DNA from: Myxococcota bacterium
GTDB lineage: Bacteria; Myxococcota_A; UBA9160; SZUA-336
Length of the DNA stretch: 64,000 nucleotides
Reading direction: 5' to 3'
NCBI GenBank assembly: GCA_965247115.1
Contig: CBDFGR010000002.1
Span: forward strand, 2,080,001-2,144,000
Under the pieces are notes generated by a model that did not search any database, had not been told where the DNA came from, and saw nothing but the letters and a program-made list of their open reading frames with translations. The stretch's first letter is position 1, and each line of letters starts with the position of its first letter. This document shows positions 19,124-28,483 of the stretch, in pieces. The position numbers and the translations under genes were made by a program.

Positions 19124-21998
19124 TTCATTCACCGGACTGACCGCCAGCACCGGCAGCGAAACACCCGCCTCCCGCAGGAGTATTACGACCACATCAAGGA
19201 GCGGTTCGCGGACGAGCGCGAGCTCCGGCTGGGCTATCGGCCCGAGGGGACCGCGCAGTTCACGTCCGAGCTCGCCGGGGAGCTGCAGAAGTACGCGATC
19301 GACCCGTTCGCTGGCGAACCCACGCCCCGGCCGCCGCTCAACGACGCTGTCGAGTGTCTGTTCATTGGTGGGGGATTCTCCGCGCTTCTCACATCGGCAC
19401 GCCTCCGCGAGTACGGGGTCGAGAGCGTTCGCATCGTGGAGCGGGGCGCAGACGTTGGCGGAACGTGGTACTGGAACCGCTACCCGGGCCTGGCCTGCGA
19501 CGTGGTCGCATACGACTACCTGCCGTTGCTCGACGAGATGGACTACGTCCCGACGAGCCACTACGCAAAGGGTCCCGAGATCTACGCCCACTGCCAGGCG
19601 ATCGCAAAGCGGTACGACTTGTACGAGCTCGCGGTGTTTCAGACGACCGTCACGGCCACCATCTGGGACGAAGACCAGCAGATCTGGAACGTAGCTACGG
19701 ACCGGGGCGATCACATGAAGGCGCGGTTTGTGATCTGCGCCAACGGCACGTTGTGCAAGCCGAAGCTGGCCAAGATCAGCGGCATGGAGTCGTACAGCGG
19801 GCACTCGTTCCACACGTCGAGGTGGGACTACGAATACACGAAGCCCGACCTGTCGGGGCTCCGGGACAAAGTGGTCGGCATCATCGGCACGGGGGCGTCG
19901 GCCGTCCAAGCTGTGCCCCGCCTGGGTGAGGCGGCTAGGGAGCTGTATGTGTTCCAGCGCACGCCCTCCTCGGTTGACATCAAGAACGATTGGCCCACCG
20001 ATCCCAACTGGGCCCGGAAGCTCACGCCCGGGTGGCAGGCAAGGCGGCGCGCGGCTGCGCTCAAGGAGCCGGAGCTCAGTCCCGAGCAAAAGGAGAAGAT
20101 CGCTTCGCTGTCACGCGAGGAGAAGATCCGGAGGCAAGAGAACGCGAACATCGATGCCATGATGCGAATCCACAGGCGCATCGATGAGATCGTGAAGGAC
20201 CCAGAGACGGCGGACGCACTCAAGCCCTGGTACATGCTGATGTGCAAGCGACCATGCTTCGACAACGACTACCTTCCCACGTACAACCGGCCCAACGTCC
20301 ACCTGGTGGACACCAAGGGCAAGGGCATCACGGAGATCAACGCGGCCGGACCGATCTTCGACGGGAAGGCCTACGAGCTCGACCTCCTTATTTGCGCCAC
20401 GGGCTTCGAAGTGCAGAAGACCGGCATCTACAACCAGATACGGGGCGTCGACGGCCTCGATCTGAACGAGAAGTACGGCGACGGAATTCGCACCCTCCTA
20501 GCAGGCTGCGGAGAAAGTGACTGGTTGAGGGGTGGTCCTTCCGACGAGGGGGTTCACCGGCCGAGGGGCGGGGCGCGATTCCCGGTTCGAACCGGTCTTG
20601 GGCTCCGCTGATCGCGGGGCGGTTTCGCACATGACCTACGTGGCCTCCAGCAGCTTGCGGATCCGGATCAGGTTGTAGGCTGCGGCCGTGAAGGTGAAGA
20701 CCCAGCCGACCCGATCCGTGCCGCGGTGTCGGGTCTTGCGCATCAGCCCCACGGTCTTCATCCAGCCGAAGACCTCTTCCACCCGTTTGCGAAAACGCTG
20801 ACTCAGTTCGTAGCCCCGGTGGCGCGTCGTCCGCCCGTCGATCGCGCTGCGTCGATTCGTCGTGTTCTGCGCCACGTGTGGGGTCACGCCCAACTCTCGA
20901 AGCTCTTCCACGAACCCCTTCGTGTCGAAGCCCTTGTCTCCGCCCAATGTCCTCCGACGCCCGCCTCCCAGACCTTCCACCATCTCGAGCGCCGCTTCGC
21001 GCTCCGCATATCCCGACGCCTGCGTGAGCTTCGCCGCGACCACCAAGCCGTTCCGGTTCTCCGTCACCACGTGTCCCTGGTACGCGAGTCGGGCGCCTTG
21101 GCCTCTCATACCGGCGAGTCGTGCGTCGGGATCCGTCGTCGACGCATGCGTCTGGTTGCTCCGCTTCTCGCCTCGGAAGTTCACCGTCGGGTTGCCCGGG
21201 TCATCGTCGTCTCTCCGTTCCTCGTCCTTCCGTACGAAGCTCTTCTGGCTCGCCCACGCCTCGATCAGCGTCCCGTCTACCGTGAAGTGCTCCAACGACA
21301 CCCATCCCTCGGTCTCGGCCTGCTCCAGCACTGCGTCGAAGAAGTGCTCGGCAATCTCGCCCTTGAGCAGCCGGTCTCGGTTCTTCGTGAACACCGTGGC
21401 GCTGAACACCACCTCGTCAAGCTCCAGACCCACGAACCAGCGATACAGCAGGTTGTACTCCAGCTGCTCCACCAGCTGCCGCTCGCTCCGGATGGTGTAG
21501 AGCACCTGCAGCAGCAGGGCGCGCAGCAGCTGCTCCGGGGGCACGGACGGGCGCCCTACGCCTCTGGCGTAGATCGCGTCGAAGCGCGGCGATAGCCGCT
21601 GCAGCGCCGTGTCGACCATGCGCCGCATCGCTCGAAGCGGATGATCATCCGGAATCCGCGACTCCAGCGACACGTAGCTGAACATCCCGCCCTGAAGCGT
21701 CCCCTGTCCTCTCACGCCTCCCCCTTTGGGGCTCGCTCCCAAGGTACCCTTCGATGAGGAGTTTTTCAGCAGCCTGCTAGGCGTTCACTCGCAGGGCTAC
21801 CCGAACCTGTTCATCATGGGCGGCTATCAGGCGTCTTTTCGCTTCAACTTGACCGACGTTCTTCAGACCCAGGGGGACGAAGGCGAGTTTCAGCGCAGGC
21901 AGGACGGCAACTACAACGGCAGCTATCCCCAGTACCTCGCCCAAGTAAAAGACGTGGGGGCGAACATCGAAGAGAACTTCGTCTTTACGAAGAGGTAG
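19103..21998 (+). pseudogene. BVMO-type FAD/NADPH monooxygenase, disrupted by IS5 and with a 153-bp in-frame deletion near the 3' end
   Basis: IGGGFSA, GGTWYWNRYPG, YSGHSFHTSRWDY fingerprint, IGTGASA; start codon uncertain. Confidence 0.9.
20502..21776 (-). mobile_element. IS5-family element, copy 2 (transposase 20636..21715); same insertion site as copy 1
   Basis: CTAG at 20498-20501 and 21777-21780; flanks match copy 1. Confidence 0.93.
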
Positions 21999-21999
21999 G

Positions 22000-22290
22000 C
22001 GATCAGTACCTCGAGCAGATAGTCATGCAGATAGTCGCTGCGATGGGCGACGACCTGGGCGTGGTGATCTCCATGCGCCCCGAGCGCTGGCGCACCGAGG
22101 ACTACACCAAGATGCGATCTAGCGGGGGCGCTCCGCCTCCGCCAAGACGCGCAGGATGTTTTCGCCCAGAACCTTGCGCACGTCCGCCTCGCCGTAGCCG
22201 CGCCGCACGAGCGCGCGCGTCAGGTTGGTAGGTGGCCGACGTCCTCGAGACCCTCGGGGAACCACGGCGCGCCGTCGAAGTCGGACCCCA
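22000..22290. pseudogene. PNPOx-like C-terminal fragment (+) and membrane dipeptidase (M19) C-terminal fragment (-); diverged inverted copy of about 54018..54292
   Basis: MRPERWRTEDYTKM; LGSDFDG...NLTRALVRRGYGEADVRKVLGENILRVL. Confidence 0.75.
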
Positions 22291-22319
22291 AGCGTAGACT
22301 GCGAGTGGGGGCCCGTCGC

Positions 22320-22830
22320 ACCGCTGAGATAGCTCTTGCCGGTACCCCGAGGGCCAAAGAAGAGCGCATCCTCCGCATGCCAGACGAAGCGAGCGGTGGC
22401 GAGTTCGAAGACCAATGCGCGAGAGAGCTTGGCTTTGAAGCGGAAGTCACACCCATCGAGGGTCTTGTCGGCGTCGCGGAAGCGCGCCTGCTTGATCAGC
22501 CGCAGGCAGGCTATCCTGAGGTCGTGTCAGTTCGCCTGGACCAGGGCCGAGAGCAGATCGATCGGCGCCCACTGGCTGTTCTGCGCTTCGAGTGGACGCA
22601 GCTCGAGCTGGTTGGCCATCCCCGAGAGACGCAGCTTTCGCAGTGTGGAATCGAGCTCGTTGACCTTCACGCGGCATCTCGTTCCGTGCTGCGGTCGATC
22701 AGCTCCCGGTAGTGGTGCAGGTCGCGGATGTGCGGATCGACCTGCTTGAGAGTCAGCAGCGAAGTCGCTTGACGCTCGACGAAGCGACGCACAAAACGGT
22801 AGGTCGGAAGGCCGAGCTCGATGCCCCGCC
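22320..22830 (-). mobile_element. IS21-family remnant (istA 3' end plus frameshifted istB 5' half)
   Basis: LRKLRLSGM, KQARFRD, FELATARFV...FFGPRGTGKSYL Walker A. Confidence 0.8.
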
Positions 22831-22883
22831 CCTCGGGCTGGCGACTGCGGGCTCTTCAATCGGCTCACCCGAAGCGCTGCGGT

Positions 22884-23957
22884 CTAGCGAAGGGCCGGGA
22901 TGACCTTGTCCGAGAATAGCCTCATCGAGTCCATCACCTTCTGGTGTGGCATCCCGCCGCTCTGTGTCCAGGAGATATGCAGGTCTATCCCCAGTCCTTC
23001 GAAGGCCTTCAGTCTGTCGATACAGTAGTCCGCGTCGCCAACGATGATCGAAGTGACTTCCTGCAGCGCTTTGAAGGTCGTCATGTCGTCCGCCTCCTGG
23101 GTTATGTGGCCCTCGTAGCTCTTGACTGGTTTGGCCCCCAGGGCCGCGACGATCTGACCCGTGTACTTCGCGTTCCAGAGGAAGCACTCCTCGGCGACTT
23201 CCTGTGCTTGCTTCTGCGTCGTGTCTACATACAGCTCCGACAGCACGCCGATTCGGGGCTTGTGGCTATGCCCAGCTTGCTTGAAGGCCGCTCGATACTG
23301 TTTGATGGACCCCTCTATGTCCTCAAACGTGCCGTAGTGCGAGGACAATAGCAGACCGTGCCCCATCTTCCCGATGATATCCGGGGTGTCGCTTGAAACA
23401 GCCGCGATCCACACCGGTGGGTACGGCTTCTGCACCGGCTTGGGAATGATGGAAATCTCGCGGCCTCGCGCATCTCGGAGATTCTCGGGAATATCGTAGT
23501 GCACTCCCCGGTGCGTGAACTTCTCCTGTGTCCACGCCTTGAGGACAACCTCAAGGTGCTCAGCGAAGATCTCGCGGCTGTCCTCCATCGACACACCCAA
23601 CGCTTCGGCTTCCACATGCTGTACTCCCCGCCCCAAGCCAAAGTCCACCCGCCCCTGGGTCAGGATATCCAGCGTCGCGATCTTCCCCGCCGTGTGAATT
23701 GGATGATGGTAGGGCACCAGCAGAACGGCAAACCCGATCCGGACGCGGCGGGTCCGCTGGCTCAAGGCCGCCGCCAGCAGTTCCGGCGCCGGCGAACACG
23801 AGTATTCCGGGAAGAACCGCTGCTCGGCAAGCCAGACGCTGTCGTACCCCAACTCATCCGCATACTCACACTGCGTCAAGAAATTCTCGGTTGCGCTCAC
23901 CTCGGTTTGCCCGCAATCCGGCCGAACATCAATCGTGGAAAAAACACCGAACTCCAA
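22884..23957 (-). CDS. Luciferase-like (LLM) monooxygenase, paralog A
   Basis: GYDSVWLAEQRF, RVDFGLGRG, PKPVQKPYPPVWIA; TTG start after GAGGAG. Confidence 0.9.
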   Translation of the reverse strand: MEFGVFSTIDVRPDCGQTEVSATENFLTQCEYADELGYDSVWLAEQRFFPEYSCSPAPELLAAALSQRTRRVRIGFAVLLVPYHHPIHTAGKIATLDILTQGRVDFGLGRGVQHVEAEALGVSMEDSREIFAEHLEVVLKAWTQEKFTHRGVHYDIPENLRDARGREISIIPKPVQKPYPPVWIAAVSSDTPDIIGKMGHGLLLSSHYGTFEDIEGSIKQYRAAFKQAGHSHKPRIGVLSELYVDTTQKQAQEVAEECFLWNAKYTGQIVAALGAKPVKSYEGHITQEADDMTTFKALQEVTSIIVGDADYCIDRLKAFEGLGIDLHISWTQSGGMPHQKVMDSMRLFSDKVIPALR

Positions 23958-24225
23958 TTCCCTCTCCTCCTCTACTCGCTAAGGCGAATTCATGCTACAC
24001 GACCAAGATCCACGATGACAAGCAGGCCGAGCTGGACGGCGGGCTGCGCGCTTCGGGGCCGAGTCAGGGGAGTCCTTTGGATAGAAGATCAAAGACATCA
24101 GCCACGAGCACCCGAGGAGTATCCTCAGCGCTCAGCGGTCCACGGAACCGGGGTAGTTCCAGGTGTGGAGCGGTGGTATACTGGCCGCGTCTCGGGTCCG
24201 AACCTTCATCCGCGAGGACATCGCC

Positions 24226-25410
24226 ATGAGCGGCTACACCATCATCGATGCCGACACCCACGTCACCGAGACCCCAGACCTCTGGACCAGCCGCGCTCCG
24301 GCCTCGATGCGCGACCGCGTCCCGCGCGTCGAGAAGAACGCCGACGGGAGCCTAGGCTGGGTGCTCGGGGGTGAGTCGATGTTCTCGAATCCGGGGGAGA
24401 CGGCGACGGCGGGGGTCGGCACAATCGACGATCCGCCCAAGCGCTACGAGGATATGCACCCGGGCGCCTACGACGCCAAAGCGCGTCTCGCCTACATGGA
24501 CCAGCTCGGCATCTGGGCGATGGTCATGTACCCGAACGTCGGGGGCTTTGGGGCGCAGGAATTTCTCAAGCTGAACGATCCGGAGCTCATGCTCTGCTGC
24601 GTCCAGATCTACAACGACTGGCAGAGCGAGTGGGCCGAGGCCGATTCGCGCCGCCTGCTCCCGATCACCTCGCTGCCCTTCTGGGATGTGGAGGCGTCGG
24701 TGGCCGAGGTGCGGCGCTGCGCCGAGATGGGGCACCGCGGCATCCTGTTCAGCGGCGCACCCCAGACCCTGGGGCAGCCCCTGCTGGGCGACCGGCAGTG
24801 GAACCCGATCTGGGAGACCGCGGTCGAGCTGAACCTGCCGATCAGCTTCCACATCGGTTCGGGGGACTTCGGCTTCGAGCAGTTCCGCTCCAAGACGGAG
24901 ACCTACGGTCGCATGGCGGCCTTCACCTCCATTGGGGTCGACCTGTTCCTGCAGAACGGCATGTGCCTGGGCGACCTCATCATGTCGGGGGTGCTCAACC
25001 GCTATCCCGACATCAAGTTCGTCTCGGTGGAGAGCGGCATCGGCTGGATCCCCTTTACCCTCGAGGCTCTCGACTACCAGTTCCACGGCAACCGGGTGCG
25101 CCAGGAGAACCCCGCCTTCGAGCTGAATCCCTCGGAGTACTTCGCCCGTAACATCTACGCCTGCTACTGGTTCGAGCAGGTCGCCCCGCGGCGCTTGATC
25201 GACAAGGTGGGTGTCGACAACATCCTGTTCGAGACCGACTTCCCCCACCCCACCTCGCTCTACGGCGACGAGGTGCACAAGCGCATCGACGCCGGGCTCG
25301 CGGACTGCGAGGAGTCGGTGCGACGCAAGATCTTGTGGGAGAACGGGCGCGACCTCTACAAGATCGAAGAGCCGAGCGCCGACGACGAAGCCAAGCGCCT
25401 GGCCACCTAG
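24226..25410 (+). CDS. Amidohydrolase_2-family protein (intact allele of 50155..52618)
   Basis: IIDADTHVTE, VESGIGW, LFETDFPHP. Confidence 0.9.
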   Translation: MSGYTIIDADTHVTETPDLWTSRAPASMRDRVPRVEKNADGSLGWVLGGESMFSNPGETATAGVGTIDDPPKRYEDMHPGAYDAKARLAYMDQLGIWAMVMYPNVGGFGAQEFLKLNDPELMLCCVQIYNDWQSEWAEADSRRLLPITSLPFWDVEASVAEVRRCAEMGHRGILFSGAPQTLGQPLLGDRQWNPIWETAVELNLPISFHIGSGDFGFEQFRSKTETYGRMAAFTSIGVDLFLQNGMCLGDLIMSGVLNRYPDIKFVSVESGIGWIPFTLEALDYQFHGNRVRQENPAFELNPSEYFARNIYACYWFEQVAPRRLIDKVGVDNILFETDFPHPTSLYGDEVHKRIDAGLADCEESVRRKILWENGRDLYKIEEPSADDEAKRLAT

Positions 25411-25710
25411 ACACGCCGTCGGAGGGGAGCGCGATGACCGAGCCCTAAGCTCGGCCGACTCGCATCCTGGCGAGCCGTCGGGCATTTGGGGGGCGCGCAT
25501 CGAGCGCCGCTACCGCGACCGCGCGCCCCCCACGGTGTAGGGGCTCGAGGGACGCGACGGCGTGTGGACCTGATCCAGTTAAGCGACGTCTCCGCGCGAT
25601 CGAACGGGTGCCCGCTCATCTGGTGGGGACGCCGCGGGCGGTTTGTTCCCCTTGCTGATTGCTATCCGAGCAGACGACCCTCCTGGTCACCGAGCCAACG
25701 CTCGAGTTGG

Positions 25711-25742
25711 TGGTGCAGGCGGCCGCAATCGAACCCGCGTCC
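25711..25742 (-). ncRNA. Degenerate tmRNA-like 3' end (att scar)
   Basis: rc GGACGCGGGTTCGATTGCGGCCGCCTGCACCA resembles the typical ssrA terminus GGACGCGGGTTCGATTCCCGCCGCCTCCACCA. Confidence 0.5.
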
Positions 25743-25874
25743 GCTACTCCTGCTCGTCCCGAATGACCTCGAGCTCGGCGATCGCCTCTAGATCCTTGGG
25801 GCGACCGGCCGCTCGCTTCACTGCGATGAGCTTCTCGAGGCCGAGGCACGTGACTTCGGGAGAACACAGTGCTT

Positions 25875-26672
25875 CGGCCGCAATCCTCAGCGCGGACGCG
25901 GTCGGCTACAGCCGGCTCATCTCCGAGGACGAGGACGCCACCGTCCACACGATCACGGTGTACCGCGAGCAGATCGCCATCCTGGTCGAGGAGCACCAGG
26001 GCCGGGTGGTCGACTTCACCGGGGACAACCTGCTCGCAGAGTTCCGGACTGCGCGCGACGCGGTGATCTGCGCGATCGAGGTACAGCGCGTCCTGCGCGC
26101 CCGCAACGCCAGCCTGAGCGCCGACCACCGGATGGACTTCCGGATGGGCATCCACATGGGCGACGTCCGCGTGGAGGGCGGCCGCATCTACGGCGATGGG
26201 GTCAACATCGCCGCGCGCCTCGAGGCGCTGGCCGACGCCGGCGGCATCTGCATCTCGTCCACGGTCCACGATCAGGTGAGGCACCGCATCAGCGTGGACT
26301 TCGAGGATCTCGGGGAGAAGTCGGTCAAGAACATCCCCGACCCGGTGCGCGTGTACCGCGCCCTCCTCTTCGCGGCCGAGCGGGCGGAGGCACCCGCCGC
26401 GGGAGTGGCGGCCCTTCTGATCTGGGGAACGGGCGGCGAGTTTGGCTCTACCGCGCGCGCCCGGGCCGATCCGCTCCATCGCCGTTCTTCCCCTCGACAA
26501 CTTGTCCGGCGAGGCGGAGCAGGAGTTCTTCGTCGACGGGCTAACCGAGGAGCTCACGGCGACGCTGGCCCGCATCCGGGCGCTCCGGGTGATCTCCCGA
26601 ACCTCGGCCATGCAGTACAAGGGCGTGCACAAGCCGCTTCGCGAGATCGCGCGGGAGCTGGACGTCGACGGG
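25875..26672 (+). pseudogene. Class III adenylate/guanylate cyclase with TolB-like segment, truncated and frameshifted
   Basis: AAILSADAVGYSRL, GDNLLAEF, GDGVNIAARL; SIAVLPLDNLSG...SRTSAMQYKG. Confidence 0.85.
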
Positions 26673-27030
26673 GTGCCGAGGGCGACGGAACCGAACCCGC
26701 ACGCGAACATCAGGTTGAGGGGCAGGCGATACAGCGGGCCGGGCTCGCACAGGGGGTCGGTGAGTGACACCGATCGGTGATTCGGCACAAACAGGTCCTC
26801 GACTCGCCAGTGGTGACTGCCGGTCCCCCGCATCCCGCGGACGTCCCAGGTGTCCAAGACCTCGACCTGCGCGCGCGGCAGCAGCAGTACCCGAAGCCGC
26901 GGCGTTGCGTCCGCGCGCTCCCCGCCGCTGCGAACGCGCGCGAAGCCCGCCATCCAGTTCGCGTGGCGGCAGCCGCTGCTGAACGTCCAGCGGCCCGAGA
27001 CGCGGAAGCCGCCCTCCACCTCTACCGCCT
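26672..27030 (-). pseudogene. ACAD-fold flavin-dependent hydroxylase (HsaA-like) fragment
   Basis: [25 protein letters not shown]. Confidence 0.75.
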
Positions 27031-27144
27031 CTCCCCGGGAGGCGGGCCGTTTCCGATCACACTGCGCGGGTCGGCGCCCCAGATCTCGACGTCCTGACGT
27101 TCTTCGAGTACCGACCGAGCCCGCACTTCTCGCTGCTCGCGGAA

Positions 27145-27410
27145 CACGAGCAGTTTCAGGTGCGACTGCCGGAGGGGAACTTCACGACCCGCATCGCGCG
27201 CCTGGGAATCGACTTCGCGTTTACGGCCGACATTTCGTGGCGGAACCTGGTCCAGTGGGACAACGAGACAGATTCGCTCACCATCAACAGCCGCTTCCGC
27301 TGGATCATCGAGCCAGGACGCGAGTTCTTCGTCGTCCTGGACCCGTTCTTTCTTCGCGAGGATCGACTCCGCCTGACCTCGACAACCACGGACCTGGTAC
27401 TGAAGCTGCT
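27145..27410 (+). pseudogene. Outer-membrane beta-barrel (DUF5916-like) C-terminal fragment
   Basis: [33 protein letters not shown]. Confidence 0.55.
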
Positions 27411-27508
27411 GGCTCCGGGCGGGATCAGATCACGCCCCGGCCGCTCCCGGTGTATAGTAAGCTTCACGATTGTGGGCGAGACCCTCAGGAAGCGAGGAGG
27501 ACGACGAC

Positions 27509-27960
27509 GTGACCGCAGCTTCGCTGAAACTGCCCGGCAAACTGGGCGACCCGAACCTCACCCTCGCCACGGACCCGCGCACCGACCCGCGAGTCATCGC
27601 ATCCCTGGCCCAGTCGGGCATGGACGCCGTCGAGGAGGCGCCCTCCGTCGGACCGGGCTCCCCCTATGCAGAGATCCTCGAGTACGTCGGCGCCCTCGAA
27701 GCCGGCCTTCGTGGCCCTACCGCGCGAGCGTGGAGGACCTGGCAGGACTCCCGCCGCACGCGATCTCGGTGAACGAGCTGGACCCGCTGCGCGACGAGGG
27801 ACTCCACTACGCGCGAAGGCTGATGGCCGCCGGTGTTCCGACGCTGAGCCGCACGATCAACGGCACGAATCACGGCGGCGACACCGAGCTGCTGGCCGTC
27901 ATGCCCGACGTCTACTACGCGTCGATCCGCGACGTCCACGGCTTCGCGGCGTCGCTGTGA
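27509..27960 (+). pseudogene. Internally deleted inverted copy of esterase 48970..50043
   Basis: N- and C-termini match; the HGGG/GESGG core is missing. Confidence 0.88.
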
Positions 27961-27967
27961 CGTGCGC

Positions 27968-28483
27968 ATGATCGGGAAGCTCTTCCACCTGGCCCATCTG
28001 GTCGAAGACCTGGACGCGACCGATCGCCTTTACGACGAGGTCTTCGAGGACCCGCACTTCGTGGCGAGGGGCTTCCAGGTCGAGGTCGAGCACCCCGAGC
28101 TCGGCCGCTCATTCAAGTACCCCGGGGCGCCCTATCTGTTCCACGGCTCGCCGTGGAACATCGCGCGGCGCGCGCCGCTGCTCGGCGAGCACAACGCCGA
28201 GATCTACAGTGAGCTCGGAGTCTCGGCGCAAGAGCTCGAGCGACTCTCGAGGCCCACGACCAGGCGCTGCCCCTCGATCCTCGAGAACGCCGCCTTGCAG
28301 TGCGGCGTCTGCACACCGGGGTATATGGTAGCGACGAAGATGTTGCTCGAACGGAACCCGAATCCGACCGAGGAGGAGGCCCGCTACTGGCTCGCCGGGA
28401 ATCTCTGCCGGTGCACGGGTTACGACAAAATCATCCGCGCCGTGCTCGACGCGGCGGAGGAGCTGAGGGGAGAGAGTACATGA
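27968..28483 (+). pseudogene. In-frame tripartite chimera: VOC N-terminus, CoA-transferase C-terminus (copy of 12003..12217) and [2Fe-2S] CoxS-like C-terminus
   Basis: MIGKLFHLAHLVEDLD | EVFEDPHFVARGF...APLLGEHN | QCGVCTPG...GNLCRCTGY. Confidence 0.8.
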
